Origin: Geosiphon pyriformis uo1
Taxonomy: Eukaryota > Fungi > Glomeromycota
Assembly: GCA_016748015.1 (NCBI GenBank)
Contig: JAAOMT010000036.1
Span: 64,233 to 113,207, forward strand
Length of the DNA: 48,975 bases
Direction: 5' to 3'
Shown here: positions 12,822 through 25,052 of the stretch, in pieces
How positions within the stretch are numbered: the stretch's first letter is position 1
Layout: each line of letters begins with the position of its first letter
Notes under the pieces: generated by a model
Told to the model about the DNA's origin: nothing
The model's input: only the letters and a program-made list of their open reading frames with translations
The model's database searches: none
Program-made: the position numbers and the translations under genes

Positions 12822-13826
12822 TACATACATATAATGCTTTTTATTATATAATTCAAAAATCATGAAAAACTTGATCAATATTAAAATTCAACAAACCATT
12901 TTTATATATTTATTAAAATTTTAAACACTTACTTAAAATACTTTTAAAAAATTGAAACCATTTAAAGCTTTTTCAAAATATTTTATTACCAACACAAAAA
13001 ATCAAAAATCAAAAAATACAATTATCTTATCACATAATGCTATAAGAATCTGAAAAATATAAAGATTGAAAATTTTTAAAAAAAAATTAATAAAAGTCTT
13101 TTTTCTGCGCATGATTATTTATTAAATTCAATTTATTTTTAAAAGTCATTAATTGAAAACATAAAACAATGGAATTTAATTTTTAAGCTTAAATATTTTT
13201 ATTTTATTTATCATTGGTTTCTTACAGATTATATAGGATTTAATATCAAATTTGGGATTTTAGATTAGATTTCCGCAGTGGGCAGATGTTTTAACTTTTT
13301 TCTTATTGCTGCATATTTTTCAATTTCTCAGAGAATTTTACTACTATTATTTCTTAATTCTAATCATTTAAGATAATTTTTAACAGATATAACATTCGTT
13401 TTTACAAAAATCTTTTTGGTAGACTCATTTGTGCATAAACTTTGAATTTTCCATTCGCTCTTTAATTAAATAATAAATTAAATAATACTAACTAAGCAGG
13501 TACAATTTTAAGGTATTTAGTATTATTTTAAGATTCCCTATGGTCTTTTTTATTGAGATTATTAAATTTCAGATTCTTGACTACATGGGCTGGAATTGCA
13601 TCAGAGTGAAGCTATTAAATCAAGTTTTGAGTAATATTATATTAGTGGATTATTAATCCCATTAATTTTAATCATTAGTTTGCTATAGTCAAGATGACGA
13701 TAGGTGTCGCTAAAATAATAATTAGTTAAGTTTATTTTATCAATTGATCCTAGACTATTTAAACCATGAGTTGCTACTTTATATAGCCTACAGTTTAGAA
13801 AGATTAAATTAGTCTCTAAATCTTAA

Positions 13827-15340
13827 ATGCACAGTTTAACAAAAGACCTTAAGCAGGACTTCGGAGATTTATTAAAATCTTCTAATGAATATAATGTCAT
13901 AATTGAAGCCGGCGAAGAACCACAGCTTAAAAAGTTTAAAGCTCATTCTATCATTCTCAGGATTCGTTCCCCCCACTTTGAACGAATATTATCTGATGAT
14001 TGGGATAAAAGAAAAGATTCAATATTAACTTTGAAAAAACCCAACATTGCAGCGAAAATATTTGAAATCATTTTGGAGTAAGATCACTTTATTATTCATA
14101 TTAAAAAAAATGTATGTTTCTCGTGGTATAATAAAAAGATATAATGCTCATAGTTTTTTAAATATATTTATATGCATATTTTAGGTTTATTTACACGGGA
14201 GTGGTCGATTTAAAAAATGTTGCGGGGGCGGATATCTTGCAACTATTAATTGCTGCCGATGAGCTTGATCTCCTTGGGTTTATCAATTATGGCCAAGCGT
14301 ATCTTATTGAAAAGGAGTCTAAATGGCTGAAAGAAAATATCATCAGAACCATCCAAACAGTTTCTAATCATGCAAATTTTGAAAAACTGTGGGAACATTG
14401 TTCCCAAGTGGTTGAGGATAACCCGGGTTTTATCCGTAACTCGATTGATTTCCTTTCTTTAGAAGAATCTGCCCTTGTCTCCTTGCTTCAAACATGTGAC
14501 TTTAAGATAAAGGAAATTGAGGTGTGGCAATCTTTAATCAAATGGGGCATTGGCAAAACACCAAGACTTTTTGGAAAGAAATTAATGACCTGGGATTCGG
14601 AAGATTTTGCGGCCCTTGAAAAGACTATTCATCAGTGCATCCCATTAATCAGATATTATAACATCTCTGGAGACGACTATTTTAAACATATCTTACCATA
14701 CAAAAAAATTTTGCCAAAGAACCTAAAGAAGGAAATTTTGGCATACCATGTTAAAACTTCACATCCACTACCAATGGAAACTCTTCTACCCCGAGCCCGT
14801 TTTGGCGAATCTCGGATCATAGATTCACGACATGTCAATATAATTTCTTCATGGATTGATAAAAAGACTGGCACAATGAGTTATGAATCACCATATAACC
14901 TTAGCCTTATCTATCGGGGCAGTCGTGACGGCTTTGAAATAACCAGTTTTCGAAATCTGTGTGGTAATCAGTTAAAAACCGTTGTGATAGGGAAGATAAC
15001 TGAATCTGGGGATATTGTGGGGGGCTATAATCCTACCTCCTGGGTTATCAAAGATTTTGAAATTAAGAAATATGCGAATACGCCTGATGCTTTCATTTTT
15101 AATTTGGGTGATAGAGATAATTTTTATGTCGCAAGGGTCGCTCGAAACACCAGCGAACGCCAAATAGCATATCGTAAAACATGTAGTCCATATTTTTATA
15201 ATGATTTATACTTTGGCGATAAATGTGCCGAACTAAAATCATGCTGGTATGAACCAAATAATTTTCAGCCGAAGATTTTTGATTCTAATTATCGCTTTAA
15301 TTTTAAACTTTCTGAACTGGAAGTATTCTTAATCTCGTAA
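13827..15340 (+). CDS. BTB/POZ-BACK-TLDc domain protein (about 468 aa), intact
   Basis: Exon 1 13827-14077, intron 14078-14184, exon 2 14185-15340. Motifs AHSIILRIRSPHF, FIYTG, LIYRGSRDGF, IVGGYNP, ELEVF; same intron position and phase as the 5366 paralog. Confidence 0.93.
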
Positions 15341-16169
15341 AACTGTGCTAATTCTAGAAATCTAAATCTCTGCAATCTATTTCTATTTGAGCTATTTAAC
15401 TCTAGTAGGAATTCTTTAGTAAAAGAAAATATATTTTGCCTTAATTTTTAAAATTTCTAAATTTTATTAAGATATTAGTATATAAATTGAAAATTTGAAA
15501 AATTTTTACGTATAAAGCCATCTAACTGAGGCCTCAAGTCTATAGTTTTTAAACCATCATAATATTTCAATTGAAAGGCTTTGGACGAGATATCGTTTAT
15601 TGCAAAAAGGACTATTTTATTTTTGCATAATAATTAGCTATCAACTCATCTTTAAACATCTTATCGCTTTAATAGCTTTTTTGTGCATATCTTTTGAACC
15701 ACTATTATTACCTTTTTAATATTTTTTATAGTTGGAAAAGGTTAAATTTTGCATTTGTCTTGAAGATATGTCTGCTAAATAACACCTAAATTTATTTTTA
15801 TGAGAAAGCAGATATCGCTATGCTTAAATTGGGTGGATAATTTTATTTCATAATTTTAATACCTTATCACTCTTATGGGGGGTATTTAAATTCAAAAAAC
15901 TTTTGCCTTTTACTAAAGGTTTCGTGTGGGTTACTTTTAATAATTCCTATCAATAAAACTACTAATTAGTTTTTAATAATGCTTATCAGGTTCGAGATCG
16001 CGAATATAAATACCTTATCTTTTTTTCCATCTCCTCCTTTATTAAATTAACTTCTCAAAGCGCTGATATTCCTGCTACCTTTGCTATCAAGAAAGGTTAC
16101 CTCGTTTCTTTAATGCAAAGCAAAAATAGGATTTTGAGTGATAAAATAAATTTCTCCCTCGATTCTTGA

Positions 16170-17255
16170 CATAAAAGCTTATCAGCAATATCATCTTTGA
16201 AGAAAATTTCGCAGAGCCATCGTCTCTCTTAAGAAGTTGTTTAGGCTCACCTCTTGCCAACATTACAGAGGAAGCGACTGATTAAGCATTGGTTGCGCAA
16301 AAGAAAGTTATTAAATGTAATACATCACAACAACAAAGTACATTAACACAGCATCTTTTTTTTCAATCTTGTAAAGCACTCCATCACACCATAAAAATTC
16401 ATCCTTAGAATTTTGCCAAGTTACCTTGGGATTGCTTCTATATATCTTACTTTCAATCTCGAGAAATATTTTTATATGCACATCAAAACAAGGTAAAGAT
16501 AATGTTTTTTTTACAAAAAATTTGTTTATATTATTTATGTTGATTTTATGCCATTTCTCATTCTTTATTTTTAAGGATAAACATGTATTATGGCTTATTC
16601 ACTTTGAAAAAAACGTAAAATAACAAGTGGCGCAATCCACATAAGATCACAGGTCATGAACATTTTTTTGAGTCTATAAGCTACAAAGACAGGTTCGCGA
16701 AACCCAAGTGGTTTCAATTCATATAGTTTCTATAGATCCTGGCGTTCATACTTCATCTACATAGTATTCTCCAACAAAAGATATAGGCTCTTGTTAAATC
16801 AGTCACATTGTTCGCCTCTGCAAATTTTTAGATGACTTTTGCTCAAAGAGAGATAATTTAATAACTTCCTTAAAAATGTAAGAAAGCTAAAGGATTAAAA
16901 AAGGAGATTGGGTGCATGTGTGGGAAGATGTTACACTTGCAGACAGAAATACACAGAAAGGCTGTTACATTTTTCACTCAGAAATTTGATGCTCTTGTTA
17001 TTCCTTCCTTTGAGGTATCAGACATTGTGGATTGAAAAACGAGAAAAATCTCATGAAAACAGTTAGAAAGATGCTATGCTGAGTCCGAGCTATCATCAAA
17101 AATAAGGCTTACACCTCCAAAACTTGTAGCTGGTATGGAAATATTCAAAGAATCAGTTATCAATAGAGATGAAAATGGCGTTTGATGGAACCTTACAACC
17201 CAGCAAAATCATTTAGATACCGTCGTACAGTTTCTCAGGTGATGGGGCAATCTTT
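16170..17255 (+). pseudogene. Decayed Fanzor2 / IS607-TnpB-like RuvC nuclease gene
   Basis: Frameshifted translation in collinear order: ANITEEA..A; LFFQSCK..HTIKI; ETQ..IVSIDPGVHT...YSP (RuvC-I, D at 16735); RLCKFLD; LQTEIHRKAVTFFTQKFDALVIPSFEVSDIV (RuvC-II, E at 17012); KTRKIS*KTVRKML; AYTSKTCSWYG (17107-17139); INRDENG (RuvC-III, D at 17168); DGAI. Confidence 0.88.
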
Positions 17256-17519
17256 TTTTTGATGTAAAAGTTTTGAAATGTTAAAATATTTAATAGCAAA
17301 TATACAAATAAATTGTATCAATATTTAAAAGTTTTTCCAAATACATCTACATGTATACTAAATATCAAAAATCGGATGGGTGGTTTGGAAATTATATCCT
17401 CAAATATTTTGACTCACCTTTCATTTGTAATCAAAAGTGAAAATATAGGCCCTTCTAAAAAATTGATCTAATATCAAATTCATGGCCTTAGAATATTACC
17501 TTGGAGGAATATTTTACAA

Positions 17520-18983
17520 ATGTTGCTTAATTTATGTTATTTTTCTTACTTAGGTTTTTTATTCAAATTATCTTGGTTTTTGTATGGGATAAATTTTCAA
17601 AAAGTTTCATCCATAAAACAATCTCATAATATTTCAATTTATACCCAAGAAAAACAATTAATAAATCCCGTCTTTCTAAAAAATACAAAATATTCCTTAA
17701 ATAGCTTACTAGCTCGTTCATCAGAAGGATTTGGAAGAAATATCGAAAATTCTCCTCCTAAAACCCTTGTTACGGATCCTGTTCTTGTTGAAACTTTGGG
17801 ATATTTTGCTGCTGTGGCCAATATTCCATATTGTAGACCTATAGAAAAGGACACATTATATGTTGCTAAAGATTTGATTTGTACGTGTACGTAAAATAAT
17901 TTTTTAATTTAAAACTTATTTTCTTTCATTTTAATTTATAGGTAATTTCTTTTACGAAAACAATAAAAAAGCAATCATGGGATATTTTCGAGGTATTTAA
18001 ATTTTAATAACTTTGTTGATCCTTTTCTTTTGTCCCTATTCTGTTTGAATTTGGGCTATTTTGACCTAAGAAACAAAATAATTAGGCTTAGAAATGACTC
18101 ATCAACAGTGGAAAAAGGAGAGGTTTAATTTAAAACAATATAAAACTCGTTCCGGAGATTCGTACCTGGATGACAGATGGGCTAAAGAGTTTGAGGGTAG
18201 AGAAACAGGTAACGGCAAAGATTCATTTCTCATAAAAAGAATTATTCAGGCAGTGGTTAGTTTAGCCAATGCCACTGTTACCAAAGGTCAAAGTTTTGAT
18301 GTTTATTTAACTGGTCATGGAATTGGTGGAGGTAAAGTTTGAAAAAATTCCTAGAAAACCCATTAAATTTGAAATAATTTTGGCCTCATATATTTAAAAT
18401 TCCTAGTATATGCCCAGATTGCCGCTGTAACGTTGGTTTCTTTGGGGATCCAGGAAATTATTAAACATTATCTCCCTGACAGATTAATGAAAGTCACTCT
18501 TTTCACTTTCGGGCAACCACGAACCGGAGATGAGAAATTTGCGAAAATCGTGAATTCTTATAAGAATGAACTCACGGTATACCGTGTTACAAATAGAAAT
18601 GACTTCGTTCCTCAATTTCCCAAAAGAGATTTTTTGAGCTATAGGCGATATGCGCATGCCGAAACAGAGTTTTGGATTTCAGAAATTGATTGTGATTGCC
18701 ATGAAAGACCTTCTTATTCCGACTCATTTGCCATCTACAAATGTCCAGGATTTTTGAAAAAAAAAAAAAAATTTGGAGAGAATCAGGTTATTTTTGAAAT
18801 AATAGTGCTTAAAATTTTAAAAGACATTATTTTAACAATAAAAACATTTGATTTCAGAATTGCAATGCCGGAACAGATGGATCAAGCTCTTCAGCAAACT
18901 TTGGTCCTTACATTGGAACTACGTTTGGAGATTGCAGAACTATAAATACGCGAGTCGAACCAATTGAATATAGCAAACTTTGA
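17520..18983 (+). CDS. Class-3 lipase-like alpha/beta hydrolase (about 387 aa) with hydrophobic N-terminus, catalytically degenerate
   Basis: Five exons 17520-17880, 17942-17992, 18086-18331, 18407-18786, 18858-18983 join in frame with GT-AG introns. Motifs YFRG, LTGHGIGG, TFGQPRTGD, YRVTNRNDFVP, EFWI, NFGPYIG. Confidence 0.88.
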
Positions 18984-19429
18984 AATCCTTTTAGTATTAT
19001 TTTTCTGCATTTTAAATTTTATGAAAGGATAGAAATTCAAATTTTGAAAAACAATATTTTCAAAATAGGACTTATAGTATTGATTGATTTAAAAATAAAT
19101 ATTTAATATTTATATTTATAAAATGAAGATGTGCTTAGTTTTTTGAACAACCTATTACTTTTCTTCTATGCATACCAAAATAAAATTAAATAATGAATAA
19201 CAAACATTATTTTAAAATAATAATATAACTGAAGATTTGGCAATCAACTTAATATAGCTTTTTTATTGAAATATTACATCTTATTTGTTATATCTTTTTT
19301 TTTACATAATAACTATATTTGAAATTTTGAAAATTAATTTTTGAAACTGTGTAAATTTTCTTACATAAAAACCAAGAAAAAATATTTGTTTTTGGATTTT
19401 CAAGATATTAATTAAAAGAATTTTGTAAT

Positions 19430-20602
19430 GTGTCACTAGTTTAAGTTTCAGTTGAGATAAATTAATATTAACTACAGTTGACAAATGGTATACGCTCGTT
19501 TTTTATCAAAGAGCAAAAATAATTTGATCAGCGAAATTTGCATTATAACATGGTGCTATTAAGGAGCAGAGTTTTAATGGAATAAATTTAATAAATTTAA
19601 ATAAATTTTAATTACGGCCATACATAGTGAAAAGCACCGGAACCCGTCCGATCTCCGAAGTTAAGCCACTGATGGCCCTGTCAGTACTGCGGTGGGGGAC
19701 CACGCGGGAATACAGGGTGCCGTAATTTTTATCTTTGTTTTTATGGCCGATGATCACTATATCGTTTTCTGACTTAAAACATAATGCTAAAGTTTGATTT
19801 TTCAACCCAATAGGCATCGAGAGCACGTTAGAAATATTATCAATAATTACTAAACTTTTGAAACTGTATTTTAACTTTTTACCCCGATACAGTATTAGCC
19901 AATATATAAAATTACTTTTTTATTCTAATGATGGAGCAAAGTTAAACAAAATTTGCGTGTTTGACCAAATTTTAGTATTCTTGGATTTCTAAAATTCACA
20001 TTTAAAAATCTAAAACAACCTAAAGTTTCTTCGAGAAAAAATAACTTGAACCTGTAATTTAAAACTTTTGATATGAATTTCCTTAAAAATTGTGTCAAAT
20101 AAATTTTTTCTCGCCGAAATTATGAAATATTTTTTATACAAACTACTATTATTATAAAATTTTAAACTAGCTTCAATATGATGAAAGTTTGCTATCAATA
20201 TTGGTTTTACAACACAAATTGCTCTTCACTCAAACTTTGAAATATTCGAGTCAAATAATATAATAGAGTAAATGCCTCATAATCAATGATTAAATCTGTG
20301 AAAAGATGATTTATGAGTTTGTATATTCATGCTAACAATTATAAAATCAGGCCGCAATTAGTATATTTACTTCACGCCCTTATAATAAAGTGAGAGCTTA
20401 TATAAAATCCTAGAAATAGAAAACTTGAAGCGTGAACCTTAAATACTATGGCTTCATCCACTGAAACAAACGAACCATTACTACCAGAAACGAACCTCGT
20501 CGATTTAATAGCAGTTCGCGATCAACTACCAATCAAAATTGACCCATATCCAAGTCATGTTGTTGATAAGGTTATCAATGTCTTCAAAGACGGCACAACC
20601 GT
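19430..20602. repeat. Right arm of the inverted duplication (partner 1-1249)
   Basis: Reverse complement of window positions 1-1249 with few differences. Confidence 0.95.
19610..19727 (+). rRNA. 5S rRNA: 5S ribosomal RNA (second copy)
   Basis: Same as 950-1067 except one substitution (TACATAGTG vs TACACAGTG); T-run follows the 3' end. Confidence 0.96.
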
Positions 20603-20873
20603 TGTGTCTGAAAGGCCACATGTGATCAAAGATGAAAAAACAAAAGACCCGGAGCCAGATACAGTTCCTACATCAATTTAATCTTAAAGAATTTTCTGGT
20701 AAAAATGAAATTATTGGAAGAAATATTTTATCCTTTTTAATTTATAATTTTTTAAAGGCGAGGAAGACCGTGTTCGAGTAGAAATTTCTCATCGCTTATC
20801 ACCTCCACTTCAAAAATTGGTCCAAGCTAACCCTGAAAAAAGCCTTTTGAAGTTTTACCTCAGGATATCGAAG
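20448..20873 (+). pseudogene. Hypothetical multi-exon gene, apparently frameshifted near 20635-20645
   Basis: ORF MASSTETNEP... stops at 20681. A shifted frame (KTRSQIQFLHQFNLKEFS) reaches a GT donor near 20699 and joins in frame to an exon from about 20758 (GEEDRVRVEISHRLSPPLQKLVQANPEKSLLKFYSGYR). Possible further broken exons near 21421-21505. Confidence 0.45.
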
Positions 20874-23542
20874 GTTGATTCATAATATTAAACAAGTTTT
20901 TAGGTAGGCTACAACTAATCTTTCATCTTTTAAATAATTTAATGCCATCTCCTTTGATCATATAGCATCTATAAAAGCTTTATTACTTGAGTTTTCGATT
21001 TACCAAAATATTTGATTATTTTTGCTCAGTTGTAAACTTTCTTAAATAACCCTTTTACTCTATAATTAGCGTCATTTTTCTAGATCGAGGATTTCATTAA
21101 TTGCAGTAAAAGAATTATAAAGAAATAACCTTAAAAGAGAAATTGAGAATATATTGTATAAGGTTAAAAAATTTAGATTTATTCAATTGCGAATATAATT
21201 TAGGAATTCAAAGAGTTTAGCAAGATTTTTAAGCCTTTTAAAATGTTATATACTTAAAGCCACTTCATCCTTAGATTTTTCTTCAATAAAACCTTAGAAA
21301 ATAATTAAACTTGATATTTAATGAAAAATCTTCTGCTTTAAGGAAATAAGCTTCTTTACTCCTTGAAATTATTTTAACGAGGAAAATGAGATAAATTTTT
21401 TGAACAATGATTGATTTCAGAGACCCGCCAAATATATCTGTTTTCAATCAGCAGAGTGTTTGATTCATGCAGAAACCTGATCGATCTTTCAACAGGCTAC
21501 TCAATGTAAATATATAATGACCAAAATCTTTTGTTTCCTCATATATTTGACTCAATAGATTGGCCATACATTTGATTTTTCTATACTTTATTTTTTTTGA
21601 AAATTATTCAAAATAGAAATTAATATTCTAACACCCTTAAATATCAAAGATGACAACTCCGGAGTTTGATGTTGCTATTGATACAGCTCTTCAGATCTTG
21701 CTAATGCTTGAAATAAACCTAAAGCGATTACTAATACCAGAAACCCCTTTTACACACCAGTATACAACTTTCTTTTATTTCGATAAAGAAATGAAATCAA
21801 AAAAGCCAAACGTCTTGGTTGACAGTCTAGTAATTAAAACAAAAATTTTAAACAAAAAAACCAAATAAAGCCAAAATAATATAATTTTTACACGATCGTA
21901 TTTTATATAAAATTAAAACTTTTCAAGTCATATCACTTTGTAATAAGCTGTATTGTCACTAAAATAATGATATCGTCAATATTTATCAAAACAACAGGTG
22001 TTTGTTTGAATTCAAAACATTTGTAGCAAATTTTAAGGATATAAATCAAATTTAAAATAGATCGTTTTATAAAAAAATTAAAAATTAAAAGATGTTTTAG
22101 ATTACTTAAATATCAATTAAATGTTGTTATTAATATATATATAATATCAAATAATTCCGAAAAATCTGTTTAGATTATAATTTATAATTTAAAAAAATTA
22201 ATTTAATAGTTGTAAAAGAAGTAATAAAAAATTGCAGACTGTGATGATTTTTAATTAATACGTTTTTTAATAATTAATTTTTTTTATAATTCATTATTTT
22301 AAATTTTAACATGTTTAATTTGTAAAGATTTTTGCCAAGTTTTCATTATTACATTTACAGTCAAATAATGAATTTATAAATCGTTAAAAAGTTTCAAATA
22401 ACTTTTTGAACTCTTGAAAATTATTATAAATTTTGGAAATTCTTACAATTTATTTTAAACTTTTAAAAAAGGATTTAAATTCTTAAGTTTGCCTAGTGTA
22501 AATTTATGCGAAAAAAATATTGAATAATTAGATAACATAATTTTCAAATAATAAAAATAATAATTTTTTTTAGATTTTTTGTTTTTTTTTAATAAGTAAT
22601 ATTGTTTTTATTCAAATTGCACAAATTGAAAAAATTGTAAACTTGCATAATAAAAGTAGTTTTATTCATAACATAAAATGGGTTATGAGTTTTTATTTTG
22701 TAATTATTTTATTATAAACATTAAAAAAAATCGTTTGTTATAAACAATATTATTGATATTTAAAAATAATAATTTGTATAATTTATATGCGTCAAATTAC
22801 CAAGCTGAAAAAAAAAGTTTATAAAAAATTATAATTAGTTAATTAATTAAATACATGTATAATATATTATTTTTATGAATTTTAAAGTAAAAGTTTGAAC
22901 TAAAAAATTAAATATTGTTTTATCAAATGGTAGTATAATATTTAAGATTTATTAACTTTTAATTTCATTATTAATGATTAAGTTCAAAATATGATATACA
23001 GCAAAATTATAACAGAAAATAAATTTGAATTTAATATATTAGAATGAAAAATTAGTGACTAACTTATTAATTATGGCAGTTTAACTTGAAATTCAAATCA
23101 CCCTTATTCGTTATTCTCTATTTAATTATAAAAGCCATCAAGTTTACTTATTTACCTATTCACCTATTAATAGAATATAGTCTTAATAGGTGGGTGATAG
23201 GTTATTTGATATATGTAAATTCTCCTGTTCACAGATATGTAAAAGTTAAACACAATAATTAATAAAAGTTATGCAAGCAACAAAAGTTTTGTCATTAAAT
23301 CATACAACTCATTTGGGTGAGATAATGGGAAACTTGTTTGGCGTATTTCTTTGTGTACCGTGGCTACTTAAACCTATTTAGTGTAATAAATTGATTTAAC
23401 TATGTGAACACAGAGACACAATATAAATAAGAACTCCACATTTAGACAAACTACTTTTTAAATGTACTATCAAATAAACATTTTCAGAAAAACCTTCTTC
23501 GAATAATAATCTATTTACATTTTATCCGTTCTTATTCATACC

Positions 23543-25052
23543 ATGGAAAACAAAGAAATTAAAAGAACTCGTCCAGAATCTCATGATTGCAATGTGTGTT
23601 TTTATTGTCAAGACGAAATTAGAATGATTTGCAGTAATTGGGTTAATCGTTGTAGAGCATGCCAGTTCATATTTTTTGAAAAACTTTATAAGAACTTTTC
23701 AAGCGGCAATAAAGAAGTGGATGAAATTATTAAAAATCCAATCTATATTCCACCTAATAAGAATAATGACTATTATGCTAGATTGAAATATTATGAATGG
23801 ATTCCATGGGAGCGTTTGTCGAATATTAACCAAATTGCCAGAGGAGGATTTGGTATAATTTATAAAGCAACCCTAATTGATGGATTAATTGATCAGAAAA
23901 GTATAAAACATTATGGTTCAATGGAATATAAAAGAAGAGGAACACGGGAAGTAGCAATAAAAATTATAAAAACGAACAGTTCAGAAGTGTTTAAAGAGGT
24001 AAACAAACTATTATTATTATTAATATTTATCTAAAATTCATTTTTAATTAATTCATATTCAATTAATTCATATTTACCTATTATTTATTTACTTTCTTAC
24101 ACTGTGTTGTTGTTAGTTAAATATTCAAAGAGATATGTTTAATAACGGTAGTGGGCTTATATACTATCTCTTTCCTATATGGGGGCTTACGCAAAACGCT
24201 GAAACACTCGAATATGGAATTGTCATGCCCTTTGTTAAACTTGGAGATATGCGAAAATATTTATCAACAAATTTCCATTCTACAAGTTGGATTAATAAAT
24301 TAAATTTCGCTTGTAATATAGCTGGCGGACTTTCACAAATTCATTCTTCTGGTATGGTTCATCGTGACCTACACTCGGGCAACATCATACAAATTGGTAG
24401 AGGCAGTGTAAATATTGGAGACCTCGGATTATGTCAACCAGTAAAAAATGAAGCAACAACAACAACAGAGGAAAAAAAAATATATGGAGTGATTCCATAC
24501 ATTCCACCAGAAGTTTTAAGAGGAGAAAAATTTACAACAGCTGGTGATATTTACAGTTATGGAATGTTATTATGGGAATTAGCAACAGGAAAGCCTCCTT
24601 TTTATGATCGTTCTCATGACCACCTTCTTATAATGGATATTTTAAATGGTCAAAGACCTATGATTACCTTCCCCCTTATTCCACCTTGTATTGCCAAAAT
24701 AATTATAAAGTGTTGGGATGCTGATCCTAAGAATCGTCCTACTGCTGAAGAAGTTGGGGAAAAGTTGAGCAAACTCAATAGATTAGATTACGAGCTTTTA
24801 GAATCAGAGAAATACTTAAAAGAAATGGCAGAAAGTGATGACTCAACGACAACAAATCAATCAACAATGAGAACGTCATCCAGGAGCAGTTTATACAAGT
24901 CGTGTTTTAACTTTGCAAATGATTCAAGAAACAAAAGGTTAGTTTATTTAATTTAGACATAATTAGTTTATTGATTTAATTATTATACAGTATATTAAAA
25001 ATTTACATTTAATTTACTATACTATTATCAAAGAATTTGTGTTCCTCCCTAA
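23543..25052 (+). CDS. TKL-type protein kinase, copy A (kinase domain intact, C-terminal tail frameshifted)
   Basis: Exon 1 23543-23998, exon 2 24117-24937, micro-exon from 25034. CxxC...CxxC, SGNKEVD, EWIPW, ARGGFG, VAIK, HRDLHSGN, DLG, YIPPE, DIYSYG. An 11-bp deletion near 24877 versus copy B removes the HPGAVYTSR frame. Confidence 0.88.

Noticed and set aside
15500-16170. Possible IS607 serine recombinase (TnpA) or terminal repeat upstream of the Fanzor relic
   Set aside because: No YARVS-like motif found and no matching inverted or direct end downstream; only scattered CTTATC hexamers.
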